A DNA stretch of 64,000 nt, from NCBI GenBank assembly GCA_002269645.1, contig NIVC01002476.1, positions 23,032-87,031 on the forward strand, in the 5' to 3' direction. This DNA is from Macrostomum lignano (lineage: Eukaryota). Made by a program: the position numbers and the translations under genes. Below the pieces are notes generated by a model that was not told the DNA's origin, searched no databases, and saw only the letters and a program-made list of their open reading frames with translations. Every line of letters starts with the position of its first letter. The first letter of the stretch is position 1. Shown in pieces: positions 13,590 to 34,609 of the stretch.

Positions 13590-14290
13590 TCTATACCTAT
13601 AAAAATCAAAACTCTGTCTGTCTGTGTGTGTGTCTGTGTGTGGACAATTTTGATCGCTATGGACTCCTAAACTGCTCAACCAAATGACACCAAACTTTAC
13701 ACCCACCCTAAACTTACTACGGAGAATGTCTTAGGCTACCTTTTAATTTCCTAGACTCAAGTCTTCCTACCTAAAAGTACTAAAAACTGCTCAAAATGCG
13801 TGATTTTTTCACTAAATCCTCCATAGCGCCGCTCCACTTCTACTGATTTTCTTCAAATTTGACACAAGCAATTTTCAACTATTTTGACACAATTGTGTAA
13901 AATTTCAAATCTCAAAGTTAATCCTGAAAGCCGCTGTGCACTTTTAAAGTTAAAGTTTAAAGTTTGGTTGTTTTTTTCAATGAGGCAGTCACCCCAACCT
14001 CCACCCTCTTGCCTCTCTTTCCCGATACGGATCTGGGCCCAGATGTGTAAAAGGGTTTCAAAATTGACTAACTTTCAGCTGCCATAAGTTTGCTCCACGT
14101 AAAGCGATTGACTTCAAACTTGACACAATTCTTCATTGACTCATTCTCTATCTAACTGTAAAGCTTCAACTCTGTAACTCAACCGAAAAAGAAACTGTAA
14201 GCATGTGAAGTTTGTCTGCTTTTTCTGTTGTTTGTGCCACTCACTCACTCATTCCCCCAGAGCCAGACGAAGGGTCAGGCGATAGGACTG
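13590..14290 (+). mobile_element. Possible non-autonomous Helitron-like remnant
   Basis: Begins A|TCTATACCTATAAAA, then a (GTCT/GT) microsatellite and CTCCTAAACTGCTCAACC...CACCAAACTTT, a layout typical of animal non-autonomous Helitrons. No clear 3' hairpin/CTRR found, so the end coordinate is approximate. Confidence 0.3.
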
Positions 14291-14824
14291 AATGTACATA
14301 GCAAATGTACAACTGTGTTTTGGAATAACTTTATTTATAGCCTTCTTTGCACCCCAAGAGTGGAGAGGCTACGTTTAGCCATAACAGTTTAGTGAGAAAT
14401 TCTAACCACTGCCCTCCCCTCTGTATTGGCAAACTCTGCACCAGTTTAACAGTGGATGGCAATTGGCAAATCAAGGGAATCCAGCATGGTTTGTAAAAGC
14501 AAAAGATTTATGAAAAGGCGATGCGATGCAATGCAATACAACCCTACTAAATTAGGCACACCATGGAAATTTTAGGTTTCTTTTAAAGGTACTGTGTAAA
14601 TATTAAATGGCCTCCTAAGAAATGCGTATTTCCTTGGTTGTTAGACTGATGCAGACTGCAGTGGAGCTGAAGATATACAAATTCCTTTCAGGGCTGCAAA
14701 TTGGCAAGAAAGATGAAGTGCTCAAAGCATGAAAACAACCATGAGAGTACTACATCCTACAAACTGGCTTTCCAAGCAGGGATGGGCAGACTTTTACCTC
14801 AAAGGCCAGATAAAGAATCCAGCT

Positions 14825-15545
14825 CATAGCTGAGGGGTAGATGAGAGTGGAAAGAAGAAGGAATAGACGATTCGAAGAGAGGAGAGGCGACAAAGGGGAT
14901 AAAAGAAAAGATAAAAGATAATAGGAGAGATGAGGGGGTGATCGGACGATGAGAGAGAGGGGGAGAAGAGGGGAGAGAGGAAAAGCAAGATGAGAGAGCA
15001 GAGAGCTGCAGATGAGAGGAGAGAGGAGACAGCAGAGAGGAGAGCAGAGAGGAAACAGGTGAAAGAAGAGATGAGAGAGTAAAGGGAAGAGAGAAGAGAT
15101 AAAGATACATCTCTACATCTCTAAGGTTGTAGAGATGAGAGAGGTGGAAGGAGAGATGAGAAATGAGAGATGAGAGATAACGGAGAGAGGAGAGTGGAGT
15201 GAGAGAAGAGAGGGAGACAGAGTATAGACAAGGGAAGGGAAGAGAAAAGAAGAAAGGAGAAAGGAAAGTGAGGAGTCATAAGAGGGGAAAGAAAAGAGTA
15301 CAGAGGAGAGAGGTGAGAGAACATATCAGACAGAGATGCCAGATTAAAGAGGGGGATGAGAGAGCAGAGACGAGAGTGAACAGATAAAAGATGGGAGAGT
15401 AGAGAGAACAGAGGAGAGGTTACAGAGACGAGAGGAGAGAGGAGAGACAAAGGTAGAGAATTGAGTGAGGAGAGAGGAGAGGAAAGAGGAGAATTGAGAG
15501 GGGAGAGAGTAGAGAGAGGAGAAGAGATAAGAGAGAAAGACAGAG

Positions 15546-15627
<82 letters not shown>

Positions 15628-15960
15628 ATGAGAAGAGATAAGAGAGAAAAGATAAAAGAAGAGAAAGGAAAGATAAGAGAGCAAAGACGAGAGAGAAAAG
15701 AGGTGAAAAAAGAGATGAGAGAAAAGAGGAGAGAGTTAAGAGAAGAGAGAAAAGAATAGAAAGGAGAAGGAAGATAAGAGAGAAGAGGGGTAAGAGGAGA
15801 GAGGAGAGAGGGGAGAGAGGAGAAAGGAGAGGAGAGAGAAAAGAGAGAAGAGATGAGATAAGAGAGATGAAAGAGAAGACAGATGAGGGAAGATACGAGA
15901 GAAGAGGGGAGAGAGGAGAGACGAGGGATGAGAGAGATGAGAGGAAACAAAGAGACGATA
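14825..15960. repeat. AG-rich low-complexity tract with a pure (GA)n core
   Basis: Composition; produces spurious Leu/Ser-rich minus-strand ORFs. Confidence 0.93.
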
Positions 15961-17152
15961 GAAATTTTAAAGGATCCAAGGGACGTAGGGAGAGTCAGGG
16001 AGAGACTTCAGATTTCAGAATACATGCAAAAGTAGTTCCGGGTATTAGAATTCCCTGGGTTCAAAATCCGCGGGTTTCAACAGCTTGTTAGATATAAATT
16101 ATAAGTTTAAGTCTATAATACAGTTAATCAAAGTATCTTTGTTTTATTATACCTGTTTCTAATATTTTTAATTTTTTTAAATTAATAACTATGGCAACAA
16201 GAATCTATAAAATATGACAGCAACTACCATATTTCTGTAGTTGTAGCCATAAGAGCAGCTATCTACTATATAGGCATATCCATAGTTGCCATAGGCACCA
16301 CTTATTTTACCATATTTATGCTTAACACTTCTATGTCCTAGGCTCACAATAGCTAAATGTACACAATTAGTTTAGCATATTTATGTTGCTCATATGTACA
16401 TTCCCCAATTATTGATTGCACCACTTTTACTCTTTACTAATTTCCCTTTCCCATATTTTACTCACTTGTATATTGTATGCTTTTACTCAATTCATAAATA
16501 TATCAAACCAGAGCATCTTGCTCAAATGCATTTCCATTTTTCATTGTTTCTATAGTGCATCATAGTTCGTCTTTCATCTCTAGTTACTCAAACAACTATA
16601 ATTTAAAAAAAATACATAGATACGCATTAAAAAATATTGAAAAAATTGCTAATGGGTAAAGGGGTTATTTTCCAAGGTATAGGGGCCATATGAAAAGAAC
16701 ATGGATAGATCAAGATGAGGTCTAAGTGATAGAAATTTCCTGCATTATTACATAATATATCTCAAAAAATGTCCCATGTTAAGTAGGCCTACTACCTGCT
16801 AATGGACACTTTGTAGCCACACTAAGTGCAACATGCCAAGCACCAGTCTATCAGTATAGCTATGGGATCTTATTTCATATACAAATTATTTTTTGAAAAA
16901 TATAGGCTACCATGGGTCCAAGAAATAAGTACTATTTTTTTTAAATTAACATACAAACAAATTTTTGTGGGCCTTATCAAATAAAAGATAAGTTTTTCCA
17001 CTTTTAGATCACTAAATTTTAGACACCACTCATCCTTTTTATTTATTTTAGCACTTGAACTAAATAAAGAAAATTTGATTATTAATAAACAATTATGGTT
17101 TATGTATAAATTTTATACTTTATTGTGGCCCATTGCTGTCATTAAGTTCTGG

Positions 17153-24963
<7,811 letters not shown>

Positions 24964-25150
24964 TTATATAATAATATCAATAAAATTCATATTTATTCCC
25001 GCTGTGTAAGTCCAACAATTACCATGACTCCCGTGTGTGAATCTTCACTAATGCATAAAACCAGGTGAGCTCTGATTTATAGCTCGAATTTTGTTATAAC
25101 AATTGTAATTTTTGAACTGTCGGTGTTAATTCAATTTGTCCGTTGAAGAC

Positions 25151-25164
25151 GTTACCTTGGCAAC
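25151..25164. promoter_or_regulatory. RFX X-box-like motif GTTACCTTGGCAAC
   Basis: Fits GTNRCC-N0-3-RGYAAC, but one chance match in 64 kb is plausible and no target gene is confirmed. Confidence 0.3.
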
Positions 25165-25794
25165 AAACTCACTAGTGATCCTAACAACTCTGGGCTCTGG
25201 GGCGACTATTGTGACTTTTTAACAACTCAAACGACTGTTCAGTTGTGTTAGCGCTTAACTTCTCTACTAACTCAAGTAGGTAGACCTGGGTATTGTTTTC
25301 ATATCGGGTTGAATTATTTTCTTTGTTAATAAATCGTATTCTAACAACTATCTTGGCTGTGCTATATAATCACTATTTTCATTAGGTGCACATTTATTTA
25401 ATTGTTTTATTATACAAGTTCTGAAAAATTATTGTCCCCACCCCTAGCCTGGCAGGTTAGAGCATTTTTATTTTCAAACATTTCCCATCGTATTGCACTG
25501 TTTTAGTATAGTGGATTTTTTGTGTAGTGTTTCTACCAGCTATTCTATATTACTAATAGTAGTTCAACATTGATTTCTTTCTCGTTTTTTTCCAATTAAC
25601 TTAAACTATCAAGTAGTTTTAGTGCCTCAATTTTTATTTTTATGCTATTGAGGCGTTAAATTTTGCACTTTAAAGTCGATCATCTGGGCGTAATAATTTT
25701 TCAGTCATTAGCGGTTTCCGTCATTGGTCATTAATAGTCTTTAAGTTTAAATACTTTGTTAAAGACAGATAGAATCACAGAAAGTTTTGTTTAT

Positions 25795-26495
25795 TGACAG
25801 TTGAGATCATAGACAGTTGAGGTCAGAGACAGTTGAAGTAATATACAGTAGAGGTCATAGACAGTTGAGGTCATAGACAGTTGAGGTCATAGACAGTTGA
25901 GGTCAGAGACAGTTGAGGTAATATATAGTTGAGGTCATAGACAGTTGAGGTCAGAGACAGTTGAGGTAATATATAGTTGAGGTCATAGACAGTTGAGGTC
26001 ATAGACAGTTGAGGTAATATACAGTTGAGGTAATATACAGTTGAGGTCATAGACAGTTGAGGTAATATACAGTTGAGGTCAAAGATAGTTGAGGTAATAT
26101 ACAATTGTGGTAATAGACAGTTGACGTCATAGACAGTTAAGGTAATATACAGTTAAGGTCATAGACAGTTGAGGTCATAGACAGTTGATGTAATATACAG
26201 TTAAGGTCATAGACAGTTGACGTCATAGACAGTTGACGTCATAGACAGTTAAGGTAATATACAGTTAAGGTCATAGACAGTTGAGGTCATAGACAGTTGA
26301 TGTAATATACAGTTAAGGTCATAGACAGTTGACGTCATAGACAGTTGAGGTAATATACAGTTAAGGTCATAGACAGTTGACGTCATAGACAGTTGAGGTA
26401 ATATACAGTTAAGGTCATAGACAGTTAAGGTCATAGACAGTTGAGGTCATAGACAGTTGAGGTATTATACAGTTAAGGTCATACAGTTAAGGTCA
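25795..26495. repeat. 16-bp minisatellite (GACAGTTGAGGTCATA / ATACAGTTGAGGTAAT variants)
   Basis: Direct periodicity. Confidence 0.93.
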
Positions 26496-27124
26496 TGTTT
26501 CGGATCAATATATGCGTCATGGACAGTTCAGATCTTAAAAGCCTGGTATCATAGACACTGATGCATAGACACTGATAAAGAAATTTCCAGAGCTTCAGTA
26601 ATTTCTGCGAGCAAAAAATATATATACACAATATAATATAAAAGCTATATATTTTTTATTTTACGAATGGCTTTTTAAAGTTGATCAAATATCTATCTTT
26701 AAAGCACTTTTGTAGCTATGTACAGTATTTATTCTGTAATGCTACAGTCGTGTATTTTTTACACAATCAATTTTGTCTATCGTACTGATCATATGCCAAA
26801 GTTATTGTAATTTATATGTAGAACTAATAACTTTATCAAATTATCGGGGGCCAACATGTTAAAATTGTTTGTTAATTCAAATGTGCACATTTTTATTGTT
26901 TATGTTTACTACTATTCCATTGTGCTATTTGTTTGTGTGTTTTTTGGCAGTTAAAACCTGTTTTTGACAGAATAAATGCCGCTTATAGACAGGATATCAA
27001 GGAGGTGTTGTTGCCCGCTGGGTTTATAAATGCTTCTCGGAAGAGAAGGTTAGGAAATTTTATATATTGCCTTTGAGACTTGCATTTGTATTGATTTTTT
27101 TATCAGTTCACTCCTTTGCTACTC

Positions 27125-27690
27125 CAGCCTCCCAGAGTGTCAGTTGCTGGGCCAGCCTCCCAAGAGTGTCAGTTGCTGGGCCAGCCTCCCAGAGTGTCAG
27201 TTGCTGGGCCAGCCTCCCAGAGTGCCAGTTGCTGGGCCAGCCTCCCAGAGTGTCAGTTGCTGGGCCAGCCTCCCAGAGTGTCAGTTGCTGGGCCAGCCTT
27301 CCAGAGTGTCAGTTGCTGGGCCAGCCTTCCAGAGTGTCAGTTGCTGGGCCAGCCTCCCAGAGTGTCAGTTGCTGGGCCAGCCTCCCAGAGTGTCAGTTGC
27401 TGGGCCACCAGCCTCCCAAGAGTGTCAGTTGGTAGGCCTCCAGTCTCCCAGAGTGTCAGTTGCTGGGCCACCAGCCTCCCAGAGTGTCAGTTGCTAAGCC
27501 AGCCTCCCAGAGTGTCAGTTGCTGGGCCAGCCTCCCCGAGTGTCAGTTGCTGGGCCACCAACCTCCCAAGAGTGTCAGTTGGTAGGCCTCCAGTCTCCCA
27601 GAGTATGTGTCAGTTGCTGGGCCACCAGCCTCCCAGAATGTCAGTTGCTGGGCCAGCCTCCCAAAAGTGTCATTTGCTGGGCCAGCCTCA
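27125..27690. repeat. 28-bp minisatellite (CCAGCCTCCCAGAGTGTCAGTTGCTGGG)n
   Basis: Direct periodicity; stop-poor in all three + frames. Confidence 0.93.
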
Positions 27691-28334
27691 CAGATCCTCA
27701 CTTTCTGAGCCACCAGAAGCCACCGCCAACCGCTCAGATGCTTCAGTTCATTTTACATGCTGCTCGTAGCAGTTTCACAAGAGCTGACTGTAAGCTAAAG
27801 TGAAATAGGGACGGCTTTTGCCTTGATTAGCTAACTGTGTGTAAGAAGCGTGCTGCATTCAATCTGAGTCTTGTTTTACTTAACTGCAAGATTTATGCGC
27901 ATAATTTAGCATAAATTTTTATGAAAATCGTTTGACCACTTAGCAGAAATTGGTCCGAATTATTCAAGAATTTTATATTGTACTTTTTAGATTGGCTTTT
28001 CTTGGGTTCCGCTAAGGTAACTGGCAGCCTATACGAGCGTATGTGCTTGCTATTATTTTAATGTCAATAATATTAATATTAGGTTCTTAGTTTCACTATC
28101 CAAAATCTAGTTCTGCTCCCCGGGGTAAAAAAAATCTGATCCTAGATAAACTTGTTAGGGGTGAAGTTGTTCAACGATGCCATGTGTAGCGCTCAAAATT
28201 ATATTTAGCTCGCGCATGTTAATATGCTGCGTGATGTTGGAGAGCATTCTGGTATTTGAGCATTCGAAACATTTAGGATATGTCTGTAGGCTACCATGCA
28301 TGGCTGGAAGGGATTCGGGTCGGGAGAGGGGAGG

Positions 28335-29200
28335 AAATGGGAGTGGAAAAGATGAAAGGGGGAGAGATGGAAGAGAAGAAGAAAGAGATGAGAGGAGGGA
28401 AGAGAGAGAAATGGGAGGAGGGAAGAGAGATGGGAGGAGGGAGGAGAGATGGGAGGAGGGAAGAAAGATGGGAGGAGGGAAGAAAGATGGGAGGAGGGAA
28501 GAGAGATGGGAGGAGGGAAGAAAGAGAGATGGGAGGAGGTGAGAGAGATGGGAGGAGGGAAGAGAGATGGGAGGAGGTGAGGGAAATGGGAGGAGGGAAG
28601 AGACATGGGAGGAGAAAGAGAGATGGGAGGAGGGAAGAGAGATGGGAGGAGGGAAGAGAGATGGGAGGAGGTGAGAGAGATGGGAGGAGGGAAGAGAGAT
28701 GGGAGGAGGTGAGAGGGATGGGAGGAGGGAAGAGAGATGGGAGGAGGTGAGAGGGATGGGAGGAGGTGAGAGGGATGGGAGGAGGTGAGAGGGATGGGAG
28801 GGGGTGAGAGGGATGGGAGGAGGTGAGAGAGATGGGAGGAGGGAAGAGAGATGGGAGGAGGTGAGAGGGATGGGAGGAGGGAAGAGAGATGGGAGGAGGT
28901 GAGAGGGATGGGAGGAGGTGAGAGGGATGGGAGGAGGTGAGAGGGATGGGAGGAGGGAAGAGAGATGGGAGGGGGTGAGAGGGATGGGAGGAGGGAAGAG
29001 AGATAGGAGGAGGTGAGAGAGATGGGTTGAGGGAAGAGAGATGGGAGGAGGTGAGAGGGATGGGAGGAGGGAAGAGAGATGGGAGGAGGTGAGAGGGATG
29101 GGAGGAGGTGAGAGGGATGGGAGGAGGGAAGAGAGATGGGAGGGGGTGAGAGGGATGGGAGGAGGGAAGAGGGATGGGAGGAGGGAATAGAGATGGGAGG
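28335..29200. repeat. G/A-rich ~19-23-bp minisatellite (GAGGGATGGGAGGAGGTGA-type)
   Basis: Direct periodicity and composition. Confidence 0.92.
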
Positions 29201-29317
29201 AGCGGAGAGTGAGGCAGAGACGGGAAGTAGTGGGGTGCTGGTAGTGTACAGCGATCTCGTGTTTCGATCTCAGGGCAATAAAACACGTACATGAATATAT
29301 GTTATAATATATTGTAC

Positions 29318-31535
29318 TGATGTAACCACGCTCTGGTCGCGGGATAGGGCATGGGAACTTTTTCGAAAGTGCCTCCTATCCCGTGCACCCTCTGCACAGA
29401 GCTGTCGAGACTCGGCCAGGTCTCCGACCAGGCCTGGAGACTCCCGTTCTGCTGCACCCCTCCTGCTGCCTTGGTTCCGTCTCCCCTGCCGCCACACCAG
29501 CCTTTCCGGAAGCTCCCTACCCCTCTCTGTACCTCCCCCTCTACCCTATCTCTTCTGTTTTTCGCCCTATTCTTCCTGTACTTTCCCTATTCCCCCTCTT
29601 TTCGTCTCCCTCTGCACTCTTTTCCTGCGCTGTCCCCCCTTTCCCTGTGTCTACTTACAGTATTTTGTGTGCTCACCGTCTCCCCATCCCCTCTCAAACT
29701 CCCAAACGGTGACGCAAGTCGTGTGACCCCTTCTCCCCCTCGGTGACTCATCGATGACTCATCCCCCTCTCTTGCGCAACCTTTTCTCACGCTATTGTTC
29801 TCCTCCCCAAATTTCTCATGCGACACCCACCCCACCTCCGCTTCTATTGTTCTCGTTTTTGTTTCTTTTGTTCTCTCGACCCCCACCAATTATCACATTT
29901 TCTCCGATTTTCTCTTTCTTTTGTTCTCGTTTTCGCACCTAATTATCACCTTTTCCCCAATGTTTACTTTTCCATTGTTCTCAGTTCTCCCCAATTATCC
30001 CCGACTTCCAATTCCTTTGTTCTCGACCCCAGCCCTATTGTTCTCAATGTTTGCTTGCGCAACACTTTCGCGACCACCCGCTGCGCCAATTATCCCCCCA
30101 CCCCACCTCCGGATTGCGCAATTTCCCGATTTCTCATGTTGCTATGCCGGTCTCATGCTTCTCATCATGACTCATTCTGACGTCATTCTGCCGGCAGCCA
30201 ATCAGAGAGAGGGAGCCATGGTAACAACCTTGAGGAGGCGGCAGTGAGGTCTATAAAAGGAAGCGATTTCGGCATGAGAATACTCAACTGAGTTTATCTC
30301 TGTTCCTCTCCTCGTCCTTCTTTGGACTTGCTGTCAGATTGAGTTCTGACCCATTCGTCTATAAGACGAATCCCTGCCGGTCCGCGGTCTGTTACCGCCA
30401 AGTTATCCTTAGCTCCCCAAGTGAGCTCGCCTATCGGCCAGCGGTCTGAAACCGCCCAGCATCATCAGCATCGCCTGATCTACATCAGCGCCTCGTTGCT
30501 TCAGCGCATCGCCGCTTCACCGTCTGCCTGACTGCAGCCTACAGCCGCCCTCGGTCACTCCGCCGCTCTCTCTCTCTGTGCAGCTGCCGGTAAGTTCCTG
30601 TTACTAATTTGTGCTCTAATTACCTTTGCTTATCCGGGGTTTGCCTATTTTCCATTGTCTGATTAGAGAGCTGAGCCAATTGTGATACCGTACTTTTTGC
30701 TGTATTTTACTCAATAGTGAAGCCGCCTAATTGCCTGATTATTTGCCTAAGGGCCTAATTATTAACTATTAATTAATCCCATCATTATTCACTCTTTCAC
30801 CATCATTTCACTCATGGCTTGCTAAGCCTTTCTCCCGGGGTGGCAAAGCATAAGGAAGTTTTGGTAAGCTAATGGCCTCTCCCCGTGCACAGCCCGCCTG
30901 TGAGTGCGTGCTGCGGGGCCGCGTGTGCGTGCAGTAGAGGGATTAGCGAGTCTTGGCACAGAATGGCAGTAGGAAGGTTGCAACCCCATGCTGACGCGTC
31001 CCTTCGCCCTGAGCAATCTAAACTATAGACAGTACATGTTCGTCTCATACTACTCTTAGTAATCGAAGTCGCAAGTTAGCCTCGCTCACAGCCACAAAGG
31101 ATCCCCTGCTGAGAAATCCTCCAGGTTGAGCCCAGAGTTCCCGATCATGCCCCAAGCAGAGTCCCTGTACTCGGCTGCATGCGTCTCCCCTGTTAGCCTA
31201 AATCTCCTGGTAACCATCCCAGGCGGGGCTCTAGCCTCGAGAGGTCTGGTAGAAAGATCCAGGTGCGCCAGGTCACATAGAGTGGTGGCAGCCACTCGGT
31301 CATACGATGACCGAGTGACCAACTATTGCACCTTGGCTACAGGTGGGGTCCATGTGGGTCCTTGGCCCTCTGGTCACAAAGCGCTACCAAAGCTATCAAT
31401 CATGTGGGCGGGACAGTCTGGTGCTGGAGGTCCGTCAGGCCATTGCCCGGTCATAGGCAGCCTACGGTCATTGCCCCCTCTAGTCATGCGTTCGTCTCTC
31501 TACGGAGCGGACAGGCGACAAGGGCGGTTACATCA
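29318..31535 (+). mobile_element. 2218-bp element with TG...CA ends and a 4-bp TSD; probable solo LTR (or non-autonomous TIR element)
   Basis: Ends TGATGTAACC...GGTTACATCA form a perfect 10-bp inverted repeat, flanked on both sides by GTAC (29314-29317, 31536-31539). Confidence 0.7.
30178..30258 (+). promoter_or_regulatory. Pol II promoter cluster inside the 2.2-kb element: CRE TGACGTCA (30178-30185), CCAAT (30198-30202), TATAAAA (30252-30258)
   Basis: Canonical motifs in canonical order and spacing; strong donor CCG|GTAAGT follows at 30590. Confidence 0.55.
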
Positions 31536-31984
31536 GTACCTTTTTTCAGCTATAGCCCTCAGCCCCACTGCGGCAGGCCCAAAGAAATTGACCTGACGAG
31601 TTTCGCGCCTTGACCGTGCGGGCGGATTTTATGGCCCCATACAGTGCGTCTAAGATGGCTTTCGTGTATAATAAATGCATTAGTCTGGACATGGGGATGG
31701 CATGCAGTATTACCTGCCTCCTTACTGTGACAGCTCATATTGATTTTTTCTAGGCTACATCCAGCTGCTTTAGAACTGCTCTGCGACTTTAAGACCCTCC
31801 CTGCTCACTACCTCCCATGTAGTGAGCGGAGATAATCAGTAGCGTAACTCCGCTACCATAGACAAAGACATCCGTGCCATACATGGCTAGCGGAGATAAG
31901 GCCTTATATTCGGGTCGCACATGCCGTGGATTACATACAAAGAATCGCCTGATACGAAGAGATATCAGGCGATTCTTGTTTATC

Positions 31985-32900
31985 TCTCCCCACTGCTCCC
32001 ATCTCTACCCCACTGCTCCCATCTCTCCCCACTGTCTCCCATCTCTCCCCCACTGCTCCCATCTCTCCCCACTGCTCCCATCTCTCCCCCACTGCTCCCA
32101 TCTCTACCCCACTGCTCCCATCTCTCCCCACTGTCTCCCATCTCTCCCCCACTGCTCCCATCTCTCCCCACTGCTCCCATCTCTCCCCCACTGCTCCCAT
32201 CTCTCCCCACTGCTCCCATCTCTCCCCACTGTCTCCCATCTCTCCCCCACTGCTCCCATCTCTCCCCACTGCTCCCATCTCTCCCCCACTGCTCCCATCT
32301 CTACCCACTGCTCCCATCTCTCCCCACTGTCTCCCATCTCTCCCCCACTGCTCCCATCTCTCCCCACTGTCTCCCATCTCTACCCCACTGCTCCCATCTC
32401 TCCCCACTGTCTCCCATCTCTCCCCCACTGCTCCCATCTCTCCCACTGCCTCCCGTCTCTCCCCCCACTCCCTCCCCGTCTCTCCCCCACTGCCTCCCGT
32501 CTCTCCCCCCACTCCCTCTCATCTCTCCCCCACTGCCTCCCATCTCTCCCCCACTGCCTCCCATCTCTCCCACTGCCTCCCGTCTCTCCCCCCACTCCCT
32601 CTCATCTCTCCCCCACTGCCTCCCATCTCTCCCCCACTGCCTCCCGTCTCTCCCCAGTGCTCCCATCTCTTCCACTGCCTCCCATCTCTCCCCACTGTCT
32701 CCCATCTCTCCCCCACTGCTCCCATCTCTTTCCCACTGCTCCCATCTGTCCCACACTGCCTCCCATATCTCCCTACTACCTCCCATTTCTCCCCCACTGC
32801 CTCCCGTCTCTCCCCCACTGCCTCTCATCTCTCCCCCACTGCTTCCCGTCTCTCCCCCCACTCCCTCTCCTCTCCCCACTGCCTCCCATCTCTCTCCACT
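31985..32900. repeat. C-rich ~19-20-bp minisatellite (CCCCACTGCTCCCATCTCT)n
   Basis: Direct periodicity. Confidence 0.93.
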
Positions 32901-33427
32901 CGTTTACCCCAACTGAAATTCGCCCATTAGCAACTATTTACAAAAGCCACTAGTGGCCAAGAGGTCACGGATCGACTTTACAAAAAAACTCTCTCCACAC
33001 TCAACACTGTTTCTCTCAACACTGCGTGTGCGGGCGCATCCTGCACACCAAACAGACAACTGACAATTTATATTGCAATAATGAATGAATGCTGAACTAC
33101 CCCATCATCTGTGCCAGAACAGTTCTGCCACTGCCTGCGCTTAACTTTAAGTGCCCCGCGCAAATTGCTTTCAAGCTAATGGATGCTTTTTGATGGGGTT
33201 TGATGGCTCCGGCTGCGCTGCCAGGACCTCTGAGCCAATTCAACAGAAAGTAGCCTTAAGTGTCCTTTACTTGGCTTCCAATCCAGTTTGCTAGTATAGT
33301 TTTAAGTAGTCCCTCGAGCGCCATCGGTCATAAACATTTTCGGACATTTTCGGACGTTTTGATGGACAATAAAATGTTTAAATTGGGAATCCTTAATGAC
33401 AGGCCACTGCGCGCATGGCTCACCATT

Positions 33428-33920
33428 ACCATGTCTCACCCTCTAAACCCTCATGACCATGTCTCACCCTCTAAACCCTCATGACCATGTCTCACCCTCT
33501 AAACCCTCATGACCATGTCTCACCCTCTAAACCCTCATGACCATGTCTCACCCTCTAAACCCTCATGACCATGTCTCACCCTCTAAACCCTCATGACCAT
33601 GTCTCACCCTCTAAACCCTCATGACCATGTCTCACCCTCCAAACCGTCACCATGACCATGTCTCACCCTCTAAACCCTCATGACCATGTCTCACCCTCTA
33701 AACCCTCATGACCATGTCTCACCCTCTAAACCCTCATGACCATGTCTCACCCTCTAAACCCTCATGACCATGTCTCACCCTCTAAACCCTCATGACCATG
33801 TCTCACCCTCTAAACCCTCATGACCATGTCTCACCCTCCAAACCGTCACCATGACCATGTCTCACCCTCTAAACCGTCACCATGACCATGTCTCACCCTC
33901 TAAACCGTCACCATGGCCAT
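33428..33920. repeat. 28-bp minisatellite (CATGACCATGTCTCACCCTCTAAACCCT)n
   Basis: Direct periodicity. Confidence 0.95.
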
Positions 33921-34609
33921 GTCTTACCCACTAAACTATCACTAATCACCGACCATATCCCACCCTAATAACGGCGAATTATTTCTTTTATGAGTACATT
34001 TTGCTTTTACTTTTGCTTAGCACATAGCACATAATTTTTGGTAGCGAAATATTATTCGGTGTTACAATGTGTACTTTTTCTACACAAAGTGCCTATCATC
34101 AGAGTTCGTGTCCTCTGCTGCCCCTCAAATCTTGCACCCACACAGAGAGAGATGAAAATGCATGTAGAAGTTAACTTTGGCTACAGATAAAGAATGTAAG
34201 GGAGGGAAAGCCAGCATCAGTATAGCGGCATCAAATTCGGAAGAATTCGCTTCCTGCCAAAGTGATGCTCGGGTATAGATTAGGCCATTTTCATTTCAGC
34301 CACAGCCAGCAACTGGCAATGATGGATGGCGTGTTGCATACAAGCGGTTTGCAATAATTCAGCCTTATCATAAAGAACTGTCTCTAATATTTTGCAGACG
34401 ACTAATTCAAGACATGATGTCAATAATTTGGCAACTATCAAGCGGTGTGGGCGGTGTTGGTGTGGCTTCTGACTTGATGATAAAGCACGTTTTTCGAATA
34501 TTCTGCCTCTTAAACATAATGTTTCATAAGTTTTTTGCCGGGTTACACAAGTTCAAGCAGCCTTGACTTTTTCGGATTGGAAAAAGATTGAATACCGATT
34601 TAAGCGCCA

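Noticed and set aside
31086-31613. Overlapping 78-156-aa ORFs inside the 2.2-kb element
   Set aside because: No gag, pol, env or transposase motif; GC-rich sequence gives ORFs of this size by chance.
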